From the human T2T-CHM13v2.0 reference genome, Homo sapiens, in the NCBI RefSeq assembly GCF_009914755.1, contig NC_060934.1: 64,000 nt of DNA, one strand, 5' to 3'. A model generated the notes under the pieces. That model worked only from the letters and a program-made list of their open reading frames with translations, was not told the origin of the DNA and ran no database searches. Made by a program: the position numbers and the translations under genes. This document shows positions 15,499-28,999 of the stretch, one piece after another; the first letter of the stretch is position 1; every line of letters begins with the position of its first letter.

Positions 15499-16045
15499 TG
15501 TAATGGTTAATACTGAGTGTCAACTTGATTGGATTGAAGGATGCAAAGTATTGTTCCTGGGTGTGTTTGTGAGGGTGTTGCAAAAAGAGATTAACATTTG
15601 AGTCAGTAGACTGGGAGAGGCAGACCCACCTTCAATCTGGGTGGGCACCATCTAATCAGCTGCCACTGCAGCTAGAATAAAGTAGGCAAGAGAAGATGGA
15701 AGAGCAGACTTGCTGAGTCTTCTGGTCTTCATCTTTTTCTGTTCTGGATGCTTCCTGCTTTCAAATATCAGACTGCAAGTTCTTCAGTTTTAGGGGCTCT
15801 TGGACTTAACCAGTGATTTGCCAGAGGCTCTCAGGCCTTCAGCCACAGACTGAAGGCTGCACTGTCTGCTTCGCTATTTTTGAGGTTTTGGAACTCAGAC
15901 TGGCTTCCTTGCATCTCAGCTTGCAGACAGCATATTGTGGGACTTCACCTTGTGATCGTGTGAGCCAATACTCCTTAATAAACTCCCCTTCATATATACA
16001 TCTATCCTATTAGTTCTGCCCCTCCAGAAAACCCTGACTAATACA
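15499..16045 (+). mobile_element. MLT2A (probably MLT2A2) HERVL LTR
   Basis: tgtaatggttaatactgagtgtcaacttgattggattgaaggatgcaaag...aataaactcccc...ctgactaataca; 547 bp with TG...CA ends; flanks gacgg/gattt match poorly as a TSD. Confidence 0.9.
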
Positions 16046-16665
16046 GATTTGAGGGACAACACTGTTATTAAGTCATCAACCTTTCTTTGACTGCAAAAGC
16101 CCCTGAAACCATAGGATCTTATGGACAATTTGTTTCCAGCATCCTGAGCTCTTAATTCATGTGATTGTATTACGGCACCAGTTAGACCTAGAAGTGGATG
16201 TGAAGAAAGGCATCTCCTGAGTCTTATTTATTCCCATATATCTCCCTCTCCACTGATTTTTTTCGGAACTGGCTTCCTTTCAGTCTTGCCCCATATTACC
16301 TCTATTCAGTTTGTTCCTTTCTGTTCTAAATCCTGGATTTAGTCATTTCCCACTAATAAAGAATCCATAGCTTTCTTAAATAAGATGTAGATAGATAAAT
16401 TATGAAGAGAATGGAAAACAAAGTTAATAGAGTTTTAGGGATTCTGGAACATCTAGCTACCAAGTATCCAGAAAAAAAATTGCAGATACAAAATTCTTCT
16501 ACCATACAATATTACCTGCTGTCAAGTCCTGGCTTTCTATTACACAAGTGAGGTGACGCCAAATGCTGTAATGTTGGCAACACTAATTATGCATTGAAAT
16601 CGTTGTTCTTTGTCTATAGCTAATAGGGTATAATAGTTCTTTCTCAATAGCTAATAGGGTGTAAT

Positions 16666-16856
16666 AGTGTCCAATAGGGTGGCTACTTGCCATATGTGGC
16701 TATTTAAATTACTTAAAATTAAAAAAAATTAGTTCCTTAGTTGCACTAGCCACATTTGAAGTGCTTAACAGCCGCATATGACTAGTTATTACCATATTGG
16801 ATATCACAGATATAGAACATTTTCATCATCTCAGAAAATTCTATTAGATAATGCTG
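16666..16856 (-). mobile_element. MER3-like hAT-Charlie MITE
   Basis: tgcactagccacatttgaagtgcttaacagcc...gatatagaacattttcatcatc..gaaaattctattagataatgctg. Confidence 0.75.
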
Positions 16857-17049
16857 CTATTCCAGTGTTTGTTTAGACCAGCGCTTCTCAAATTTTAATA
16901 CGCCTAAGGATCATGTGATAACGAACATTCTTATGCAGTATGTCTGGGATGTGGTTTGAGATTCTCATTTCCTTTAAAAAATTTAAAAATTGATATATAA
17001 AAGTTGTACATATTTTGGGGGTACATGTGATATTTTGATACATGTATAC

Positions 17050-17375
17050 CAGCCATCCCCTACCTTTTTGGTGCCAGGGACCAGTTTTGTGGAAGACAAT
17101 TGTTTTATGGGAGGGGGTTGGTTTTGCCATGAAATTGTTCCACCTCAGATCATCAGGCATTAGATTCTCATAAGATGCACACAACCCAGATCCCTCACAT
17201 GCACAGTTCACAATAGGGTTTGTGCTCCTATGAGAATCTAATGCCGCTGATCTGACAGGAGTCGGAGCTCGGGTGGTAATGCTGGCTCACCCACCACTCA
17301 CCTCCTGCTGTGCTGTGGGATTCCTATCAGGCCACAGACCATACTGGTCCATGGCCCGGGGGTTGAGGACCACTG
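17050..17375 (+). mobile_element. MER1B hAT-Charlie MITE
   Basis: cagccatcccctacctttttggtgccagggaccagttttgtggaagacaat...ggcccgggggttgaggaccactg. Confidence 0.88.
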
Positions 17376-17676
17376 ATGTGTAATATGCAATGTATAATGA
17401 TCAAATCAAGGGAATACACATCACCTCAAACATTTATCTTTTCTTTGTATTGGAAACGTTCCAATTCTTTTCTACTTATTTTGAAATATATAATAAATTA
17501 TTAACTATAATTTCCCTACTGTCCTATTGAATACTAGAGCTTATTTCTTCTATCTAACTGTATTTTTGTGCACGTTAAGCAACTTCTGTTCATCCCCACC
17601 TCCCTTCCCAGCCTCTACCAATCACTATTCTACTCTTTACCTCCATGAGATCTGTTATTTTCGTTCCCAAGTATGA

Positions 17677-18033
<357 letters not shown>

Positions 18034-18137
18034 TGAACATAATGACCTCCTCATTTCTAACAAGTTCTTCCATGTTCCAATACTTTTAGTGCAGAGATTA
18101 TAATTTGAGTAGCAAGGCTTTACACTACACTATAAGG

Positions 18138-18962
18138 TAGTTGTTCTTATACTGCTATACGTTAATTACCAGAAGCTTTAAAATCCTGATGGTCATGCAG
18201 CACCTGAAACCAATTAAACCAGAATCTCCGGAGATGGGACTCAGGCATCAGCATTTTTAAGAACTTCCCAGATGAATCAGAGTGCAGCCAAGTTTGAGAA
18301 GCAGTGGTATAAGGTAGGTGGTTTTCAAATTTTAGCCTGCATCAGAATTATTTGGTGAGCATATTAAAACACAAATGTTTGGACCCTGCCTTTTGAGTTT
18401 CTGATTCAGCAGGTCTGGCATGGAGTCTGATCATTTGCATCTATAACAAGTGCCCAGGTGATGCTGATGCTGTTGTTTCTGGGACCAGTCTGAGAACCAC
18501 CGATGTAAAGCCTTGGTATCACAGCGTGGGCATTACCTGGGAGGTCCTTAGATGCAGAATCTAGGGTCTTACTTCAGACCTACTGAAGCAAAAACTGCAT
18601 CTTAGCAAGATCCCCAGATGATCTGTATGTTAAAGTTTGAGAAACTCTGCTGTAACGCACTGAGGGATATCTTTAACTGCTAATCCAATTGATAAGGAAA
18701 TTTTGTCTTACTATAGTATCATTAGTGAAGAAACCAGATATAATGTAGCTCATGTGGCACAAGGTTAACTTAATGCAGTGGTTCTGGAAGTATGACTGCC
18801 CATCGGCAGCATCAGCAGCAAGTGGGTACTTGTTGAAAATGCAAATTCTTAGGCCCCATCCCAGACCTTCTGGACCAGCCATTCTGAGAGTGGGGCTTTG
18901 CAATGTGTTTTACCAAACCTTCTAGATATTTCTTCCGTATGTTCATGTTTAAGATCCACTGA
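18138..18962. mobile_element. Cluster of four MER5A/MER5B MITEs (~18138-18306, 18315-18502, 18510-18650, 18776-18962)
   Basis: Repeated MER5 motifs (cagtggttctcaaa-like TIRs, gcatttctaacaag..cccaggtgatgctgatgctgctg, aagtttgagaa); the 8-mer [c/g]tataagg flanks the first copy. Confidence 0.8.
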
Positions 18963-19047
18963 CTTAGTGACGACATGTGTGAGCTCTAGAGCCAGATAAA
19001 CCTGGTTTAAAGACCAGCATATTTTTCAGCACCACTGCTGACACAAT

Positions 19048-19272
19048 AATTACCTGGGTTTCTCCTGTAGAATGAGGATGAGGATAATAGCAGTACATAC
19101 CTCAGGAGGTCATCATTAGACATATTAATTACCTCAGGTTTCCCCTATAGAATGAGGATGAGCATAATAGCAGTACATACCTCAGGAGGTCATCATTAGA
19201 CATTAATTACCTCAGGTTTCCCCTATAGAATGAGGATGAGAATAATAGCAGTACATACCTCAAGAGGTCATA
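19048..19272 (+). repeat. Three-copy 78-80 bp tandem repeat inside a MIR (~18975-19355)
   Basis: gaatgaggatgag.ataatagcagtacatacctca.gaggtcat starts at 19070, 19150 and 19228. Confidence 0.95.
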
Positions 19273-19676
19273 ATTTTCTCATTTGCACTAGAAAATACGT
19301 GAAATGCTCTCAACAGTGGCTAGAAAACATGTTATATGACAGTATTATTATTATTACATGACTGGCAAGAAATATTTTTATAAGAGCCCACTGCTTACAT
19401 GAGGCAGAGAGGGTAATGTTCCAAAACTGCCTACAGATGAAGGTGTTTATAATTTTGATGGTCGCACCTGGGGTTTCCTGGCTCATCCCGTAGTATGTAT
19501 TGTCAATTCTGTGACTGCTAAAACACTTAGTTCATCACAGGAATAAAGCCTGCCCAATAGCCTACTTGTATTTTATCTCCAGGATGTATTACAATTTCCT
19601 AGAAGGTGATGTGGTAAAATAGGCAAATTACTATTCAGCATCTGGCCCGTGGACTACTGCTCTCCACTTGCCATTT

Positions 19677-20027
<351 letters not shown>

Positions 20028-20465
20028 TAGGTTTTAGCACCTGGCCTCCTGTATAGTCATGGATGAAGCTCAGCCAGCCTCCTAAGAAATATGCCTCATA
20101 AGCACAAGCCACTGGGGCTGGGTTGTGTTAGCCACCCAAAGATACAATGCTTTGTCTGTTTTTTTTTTTTAACCCCACACCCATGTATACATTCAAAGTT
20201 ATATACTATGAGCCAGCATTTGAGGGTTTTAGAAGGGGATAATTCTTCCTTTGCCCATGGATTACCTCTGTAAGGATGGAAAATATGTTTGGATTAAAAA
20301 AAAAATGGCCATCTTCTTTCCTCTACCATTTTTCCTTTCTAATTTGCCCACTAAAGATGTTCAATTGCTCTACCTAACTCACAGCTTTAGTTGCCTTAAA
20401 GCTCCGTGACAAAAACTACTGGAATCATGCAGTCCTCTCTTTGGCCTATTGCTCATTTTAGTTTT

Positions 20466-21052
20466 CTTTTTTTAAAAATTTTAACTTTTATTTTTAAATT
20501 CAGGGGTACATGTGCAGGTTTGTTACATGGGTATATTGCATGATGCTGAGGTATGGGTGCAAGTGATCCCATCACTCAGGAGTGTGCATAGTACCCAGCA
20601 GTTAGTTTTTCAACCCCTGCCCCTCTTTTCCCTTTCCTCCTCCTCCCTCTGGTGGTCTCCAGTGTCTATTGTTGCCATCTTTATGTCCATGAGTACCCAA
20701 CGTTTAGTTTCCACTTGTAAGTGAGAATGTGTGGTATTTGGTTTTCTGTTCCTATGTTAATTTGCTTAAGATAATGACCTTCAGCTGCATCCATGTTGCT
20801 GCAAAGGACATAGTTTTGTTCTTTTTTATGATTGCATAGTATTCCATGGGGTGTAAGAACCACATTTTCTTTATCCAATCCACCACTGATAAGCACCTGG
20901 TTTGATTCCATGTCTTTGCTATTGAGAACAGTGCTGTGATAAACATAGGAATGCATGCGTCTTTTTGGTAGAATGATTTATGTTTCTTTGGGTGTATACC
21001 CAGTAATGGAATTGCTGGATCAAATGGTAGTTCTGTTTTTAGTTCTTTGAGG
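20466..21052 (-). mobile_element. 5'-truncated L1 (L1PA15/16-like)
   Basis: ORF2 C-terminal remnant MFITALFSIAKTWNQTRCLSVVDWIKKMW (20752-20946); TSD gctcattt[t/c]agtttt at 20451 and 21053. Confidence 0.9.
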
Positions 21053-21121
21053 GCTCATTTCAGTTTTGAATAAAAACATAAAGCTTGGATAAACTATAAT
21101 ATTTCAGAAGTACAATTTTTT

Positions 21122-21204
21122 CTATTGTTTCTAGTGACATAATTTGAGAGAAATATGTCCCAATAGAAACTATTGTTTCTAGTGACAAAATTTGAGAGAA
21201 ATAT
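21122..21204. repeat. 35-bp direct duplication, period 48
   Basis: ctattgtttctagtgaca[t/a]aatttgagagaaatat at 21122 and 21170. Confidence 0.9.
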
Positions 21205-21504
21205 AAAGAATGATATATGCTTTTTCCTTCAGGCTATGGAGCAACTAAATCAAATGATCTCTACTCCTCTGTTTCTTTGTCATTTGCATAACCTGCTCCA
21301 TCCCCACTGTGATGTTTCCATAGGAATTTGAGTGATACTCTCCAATCAAAGAGTGTCTCAGGATCTGGGGATTTATCTCATTCAGAAGTTAAGTTGAACA
21401 CTCCCAAGAAAACCCCCCCACCACATGTTAGATTAGAATAATAAAATGTATTGACAATGATAGAACTTGGAATCCCAAGAAACCTTGTATAATCATTCAG
21501 TTCA

Positions 21505-21660
21505 TTAGTTCTCAAATGTGAGTGTGCATCAGAATCTCCTAGGGGGTTTGTTAAAACAGATATTGTTAAATCACATCTCAGAGTTTTTTTGCATAGGTTT
21601 GGACTGGTGCTAGGCAATGTGCATTTCTAACAAATTCCCAGGAGTTCTGCTGTTTTCCTG
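21505..21660 (+). mobile_element. MER5A MITE
   Basis: agttctcaaatgtgagtgtgcatcagaatctcctaggggg...gcatttctaacaaattcccagg. Confidence 0.75.
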
Positions 21661-22452
21661 AAGTAGGAGAGTCAATAGTTGAATGTCGCAGGTAAATATA
21701 GGAAAATAAGGACAGGAAAGTCATCATTGGATTTAACATGGAAAAAGGTATCTTGTAAGCTTTGTAAAGCATTTTAGCAGAGTGGTGGCAATAGAAGCTA
21801 GCTTTCAAATGGTTACCAAACAAGTGGATAGATGGGGATGACAAATTTCGAGTCATGAAAAACTTGAACAACATATACTGCCTACCTTCTAAATTCTTTC
21901 CATTTATATTTCTGGTTATATATCTTCCCTGAGGCTTTGATTTTTGACATTGGAGGGTAATTTTAAGATAAAAATCTTCTCTTAGATTTGGCTTCTACTA
22001 TAACTGCCTTAATCTGAACTAGACTAAGATAATGACAACCAGAATTTTGGGAAAAAAAATGTGCATTTGCAGATCTTGGATTCTTGGATTACCTTTTTGA
22101 GTTAGCTAGACAGACATCTATAATGTTGAGATCCTATATTAAACTTCCAGAGGAAGTAAGCCACCATTGAAAATTTGAGTTAACTTCAACTGTGACTTAA
22201 CAACTGGGAAGCATGTATTTCTTATTGAGATAATTTTCTGAATAAATGTATTGGATAGTCTTATTCTATATTGTCTTCAACATGATTTCATTTATATTAT
22301 TTTCCATTACATTGCACTAAAACCCTATCAAGCTGGCAGGATCTGTATGAGGAAATCAAAGATCAAAGATGTTAAGTAATTTACCCCCAAATAATGAAGT
22401 ATGTGAAGTGCCGGGACTGAAAGCATAGCCAGGCTTCTTGACTGTGTTACAT

Positions 22453-22945
22453 GGCACTGTCCAGCTGAAATATAATGCAAGCCAAATAAGTAATTTTAAA
22501 TTTCTAGTAGCCAACATTAAAAAAGTAAAATGAAACAGCTACAATTAATTTATCAGTATATTTATTTTAACTCAACATATTGAAAATATACAGCTCAATA
22601 GTTACATACGGCTAGTGTGTTCCTCACTGGACAGCATAGTTTTAAACAGTCTGAGAGGTTAGTCCCCAAAGTCACAGCTTATAAGGGTCAGTGGCAGAAG
22701 TTTTATTTATAAATATAATACAAATGAATATTAGTAAGTGGAAGTGTATTACTCTGTTATATGGCTGATGGTCTAGAGCTGCACTACTCAATACAGTTAC
22801 CAGTATCCACACAGGACTACTTAAATTAAAATTAAGTAAAATTATTAAATAAAATTTAAAATATATACCTGCAGACAGATGAGCCATATTTTTTGAGCTC
22901 CATAACTCCCACGTGGCTACTGACTACCTATTAGACAGCATGGGA
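22453..22945. mobile_element. Two MER3/MER33-like MITE fragments (~22453-22640, ~22775-22945) among MIR pieces
   Basis: gcactgtcca...atttctagtagccaacattaaaaaagtaaa...ctggacagca; tactcaatacagttacc...acgtggctac...ttagacagca. Confidence 0.6.
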
Positions 22946-23331
22946 ACATCTCTTTAGACATTCACGAGATACAGATCCATATATTTTTTTCAATTGACAG
23001 TTTCCATTCCCACCCCTGCCTCAGCCTTCACTCTACAATCATATTACTTTCTGGTTATTTATATGAATTACATCATTCTTTATGTGTTTTATAACTTGCT
23101 TTTATTCAATCAACAATATTTTCTGGGAGAATTTCCATATTCATATGTATATGTCTACATCATTCATTATAATGGCTTCATAGCCTTCTATTATATTTAC
23201 CATAGATATTTTAAAATATCTCCCTTTGTGTAGTTTATTTTCAATATTTTGCTATTGCAAACAATAAAACATTGAGCATCATTTTGCATGCATTTTTTTT
23301 TTTTTTTTTGCTTTTGTGATAGTATTTCTTT

Positions 23332-23681
23332 CTTCCTTCCTTTCTTTGTTTTTGTGTGTTTGTTTTTCTGTTTTTAAGACAGGGTCTCACTCTCTTGCCC
23401 TGGCTGAAGTGCAGTGGCGCCATCACAGCTCACTGCAGCCTCAACCACCCAGCCCAAGCAATTCTCTCACGTCAACTTCCTGACTAGCTGGGACCACAGG
23501 TGCATGCCGCCGCACCAGGCTAATTTTTATATTTGTTGTAGAGATAGGATTTCACCACGTTGCCCAGGTTGGTCTCGAAACACTGGACTTACGTGATCCA
23601 CCTACCTTGGCCTCCCAACGTGCTGGGATTACAGGCGTGAGCACGTACTGGGATTACAGGCGTGAGCCACCACAACCAGCC
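23332..23681 (-). mobile_element. AluJ SINE with an internal 25-bp duplication, inside an old L1M fragment
   Basis: J-type cacagctcactgcagcctcaacc; TSD tgtga.agtat.tcttt at 23315 and 23682. Confidence 0.92.
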
Positions 23682-23939
23682 TGTGACAGTATCTCTTTAA
23701 ACACTTTTCTCAAAAGCATATTCACTTCATCCAAGTATATACATATTTTTAATTTTGATAGATATTTTCAATCTGCTTTTCAAATGCCCCTCCCATTTGA
23801 AATGGCATCCCATCTTTAACTAAATTTTCATATATAAATGGCCTATTTCTTGACTATATTTTCTTAATAAATTTTTCTATTCTTGTATAAATATTAACTG
23901 AGTTGCCAACCATCACAGCATATGTTGAAACTATAGGAC

Positions 23940-24282
<343 letters not shown>

Positions 24283-25089
24283 TTAAAAATGTCTTTGCAT
24301 CTCTGAGCTTTTTCTCTATCTTATAAACTTCAGAATTAGTAGTTTCTTCAACCTTAATTCAAGGGTCAAGTTGACCCAAAATATGATCATATATTCAAGA
24401 CCATTTGGATATATTTATTTTAAATTTATCAGAATTCAAAGGGTAATCTACATTTGCCATTGCATGGATTTGCTAGATAATAGACCTATTTCACTTAAAA
24501 ATGACAAAGCATGTAAAGTATTTGACACATTTTAGGCAATGCTCCATCCTTATTTCATGAGCAAGACCAGACCTTACTGTTAGCTTTTAAATCATATATT
24601 TTAAGTACAAATGGCTTCTGGGTAATGATCACTAACATTAGAATTTTAATTTATTATGTTTCTGTAATAATTTAGCTCTAAAATCTTTTGGAATATCCTA
24701 TCTCCAAAATCCTTTGACACAAAAATATGTTTTATAAGTTTTGTCCTGAAATAAGGGAAAGTACATATTTCAATCATTATTTTTTCATTACAGTTGCCCT
24801 TCAGCTCAGAATTCTCGTTAAAAGTGCCAGTTATATTTTAAAACTCTTAGCAATTTAGGTACATTTAAGTGTATATATTAATCAGATTGTGTTACATATT
24901 TATTCATTACAAATTAAAAGTGGAAAAGGGGAGAAAAAACCTTTCAAATTTTCCAGCTATTCTGTTCCCTAATGACACCTTTTATTTTAGACTTCAAAAC
25001 ATTTTGAGGAAAACTTTTGCAGTTCTAAGAAAAAGCTGCGAAATGTAAGCCTTTCAAATGAAAATCTAAAACAAGAAGAAGAAAAGTTT

Positions 25090-25372
25090 CTTTCTTTCTT
25101 TTTTTTTTTTTTTTGAGACAGTGTCTCCACTCTGCTGCCCAGACTAGAGTGCAGTGGCTTCATCTCGGCTCACTGTAACCTCTGCCTCAGCCTTCCAAGT
25201 AGCTGGGACTACAGGCATGTGCCACCATGCCCAGCTAATTTTTGTATTTTTAGGAGAGACAGGGTTTCACCATGTTGGCCAGGGCTGGTCTCGAACTCCT
25301 GGCCTCAAGTGATCTGCCTGCCTTGGCTTCCCAAAGCGCTGGGATTACAGGCATAAGGCATTGTGCCCAGCT
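25090..25372 (-). mobile_element. Alu SINE with an internal ~26-bp deletion
   Basis: Antisense Alu lacking the ccgggttcaagcgattctcct segment at ~25188. Confidence 0.92.
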
Positions 25373-26569
25373 CAACAAGTTTATTTCTTTTTAACAAGAA
25401 AAGGAGGTTTCTTGTTAAAGGAGGTACTTTTTTCCTAAGTTCTCTTCTGCTTACCGTGAGCCCAAGAGAAAAATTGGCAGGCGAAATGTAGGCAAGTACA
25501 TGCCTCAGCTATGCAAAAAGTAAACTACAATGGAAAAAAAAAGTCCTTTGCGTTGATATAGACTACATAAACTACAAAAACCTACCTTTTAATATATTCA
25601 ATTTTACAGTTCCAAAGATGTTTCCTGGGGAATTCTATGAAAAGTAAATAAAGAAATTAGAAAATTAACTAAATGAAAATAAATAAATTCCTCAACTGAT
25701 GTAGCAATATGTTTTCATTTAACGCCCTTTGTATTTTTTTTTTTTACAAATATTTTGTAACGTTGGGCCAAAAAACATTTTTACACTTCTGTCATCTGTG
25801 TGACTAATTCAAAATTGTATATTCTTACAATTGGAACCTCTTGTATTGGTTTGTTTCAGTTTCACACCACTAAGATACAGGATGTCACACTTTTAGAAAA
25901 ATCAAAATAGCAACAGAAACCCAATGAATGTGAAACTCTGTGGAGCAGTTTCACATTCTGGAACAACGGAATGTGCTTGATTTTGTCTTCATTCCATATC
26001 AAACAATAAGCACTTGTAGAGCATTTTGGGACTGGGGTCATTTTATTTGTTCTTTGTATGTGTTTTGTAAAAATCCTATGAACTGACACAACAGGTCCCA
26101 GTGGACATGTAAAAAAATGTTTTCAAAGGCCTTACCATGCATTGTAAGGTCCTAGTAAATCATGATTTTGTGCTGTGTGACCACATGATGCTATCAGACA
26201 TGGAGCCCCACAAACAGGAATGGCAGAGCCTCCCTGTAGGTGACTGAAGGCCATTAAGCCGTCATTTAAAAAAAGAAAATAACATGTCAAAGGGTGGCAC
26301 TTCCAAAATTGTCTGAGTCTGGTTCTCTCCAGGCCACTAAATTGGTTCAGACCTAATTTTATATCCTTGAGAAGAAGGTAGGGAGAAAAAAAGAAAATTC
26401 TGGCTATTATAATAATATATTTCTAACTAAATATGATCAAGTTGGAGGTTGTGCTGGGCTGGGGAGCGACCAATCTGTTTTTTGTTTTTTTTTGTTTTTT
26501 TTGTTTTTTGTTTTTTAAATGCACTCCAAGTTAATATGTCTCTAACTTCAATGTTAATATGTCCAGACT

Positions 26570-27092
<523 letters not shown>

Positions 27093-27554
27093 CTGGACTA
27101 TGTCTTTGCTTGTTTTCCATGTACAAAGACAGTTTGCTGATGAGTCTATTCACTAATCCATGATTATTTTTTATTTTGTTCTTTTTTTTGTTTTTGGAGG
27201 GGGTGATATTTTGGTAGAGGGAAGTCATAAACTCTTTAACTTTATAACATCAGAATGATTTAATGCTATCAAGACACTGTTAAATAGGATCAAGAAAAGA
27301 ATATATTGGGTATGTTTGACAGGCTCAAATAAGATAGAAATTATTGCTTTGGGAATTGCCTTGCCCCAGCAAGTAAAATATTACCATAGTTTGAAGGGTC
27401 ATAATCAAGGATTAGTATCAGTTTTCTTATAGTAATACTAAAGAATTATGGAATTATTGCTACTTTTTGGTGAACTTACACATGGGGAGGGTGAAAGGAA
27501 AGGAGAAAGACAGAAAGCTGATTCAATAGCTGAGCTATTGAATATCTTCAATAG

Positions 27555-27770
27555 ATAGCTAGTATTTACCTTGCTGCTTACGATGGACCAGACACAGTAC
27601 CAAGCACTTAACATATGTTACTTCATCCACAAAGAATGCACTACTATTATTGTCATTATACAGATGAGGAGACTGATGTTTAGTGAGGTTAAATAATGCC
27701 GCCAGTTTCCCATCCAGAAAGAGTTAGATTTTGATTAGAATCAGGGAGACTTAGCCCCTAGTTTATAACA
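27555..27770 (-). mobile_element. MIR SINE
   Basis: aagcacttaacatatg...tacagatgaggagactgatgtttagtgaggttaaataa. Confidence 0.7.
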
Positions 27771-28244
27771 ACCTGATGAACTGACTATGCTGGTTTACCT
27801 TTGAATTATTCATTATTAATGATAAATGTTTATCTGTCCATCATTTTAAGGTAGGTACTGACCCATCAATTCATCTGTATTCAGTAAATATAAGTTTATT
27901 TTGTTACTAATGAATCCAAACATCTTTAGGATAGTTAATGTGATATATGCATATGAGAGTATGTGGAGGGGAAAATAACATAAAGTACTCCAAAGAAAAA
28001 TACAAATAATTTCATTCATGACCACTGGTTCAGGTATTTTCATGTCATAATTCCCCTTGTTACTGTAGAAAATGGAGCATATTGAAAACTTAAACCCTTG
28101 GGAAACAAAGATTACAGAATCCTCCTTTGGCATTTTGTGTGGCTGATCCACAATCTGTAGAACATAAAACAAGTATATCTCACTTTATAAATTAGGTACA
28201 ATACAGGAATTTCCAGCTTATCAAATTTAGGGGCCTTATAAATA

Positions 28245-28490
28245 TGTAATGATTTAGAACTTAAGTTTTAGTGTCAGAAACCTTTAAGTTCAAATTCCAT
28301 TTTCACCACATACTTTCGAGGCTTGCACAAAGGGCCTATTTTCTTTAAGCTTCCACTTTCCTATCTATAAAATAGGAATGAAAATAGAACTCATCTCATA
28401 GGTTTCTTGTATTAGACAATCATATATAATGTACATAAGACAATGGGCACATCCTCCTTTGCAGTAAATTCTCATCAAATGGTAGTTTTA
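28245..28490 (+). mobile_element. MIR SINE
   Basis: gtcagaaacctttaagttcaaattcc...tttcctatctataaaataggaatgaaaatag. Confidence 0.65.
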
Positions 28491-28999
28491 TATGCATTCA
28501 TGTGTCTGTGTACTTAGGCCCAGTGATTGTCAATGAGGAAATAGTAAAGTCCAATCATAGTTCCAGAGAAGGATGATTCTGCTAGCTGCATTTACCTTAC
28601 TAGAAGACCCATGAAAACTCTTTCTCTTATGGCCATAACTCAATCACTGTCCCCACCTTAAGAAAAGCCGTGGCCATCGTCTAATAGCTTGGGAGGCAGG
28701 TGAAGAGGAGCTGTTGAATCTGTGGAACTCCTAAAGGCAGTACTAGTGGCCTTCTTGGTAACTGTGGTATTTTCAAGTAGAGAAGTGATTAGTGGAGGGT
28801 GAGTGGCACTCCAGAAGGGATTGTAGACTAAAATTACCTGCTTTATATCTTCAATCATAGACGCTTCTCACCTTCTAATTAAGACCCTTGCTAAGCAGGG
28901 TCTCCAGGGAACAATATTTCATGCCCTTTCCTTCCCCCAGCCCCTCTCAGAACTGTTTTCTATTGGCCAGTGTTCCATTTTCCATCTATGAATAACACA

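Noticed and set aside
19048-19272. CRISPR-like repeat array
   Set aside because: Head-to-tail units without unique spacers, MIR-derived, eukaryotic context, no cas genes
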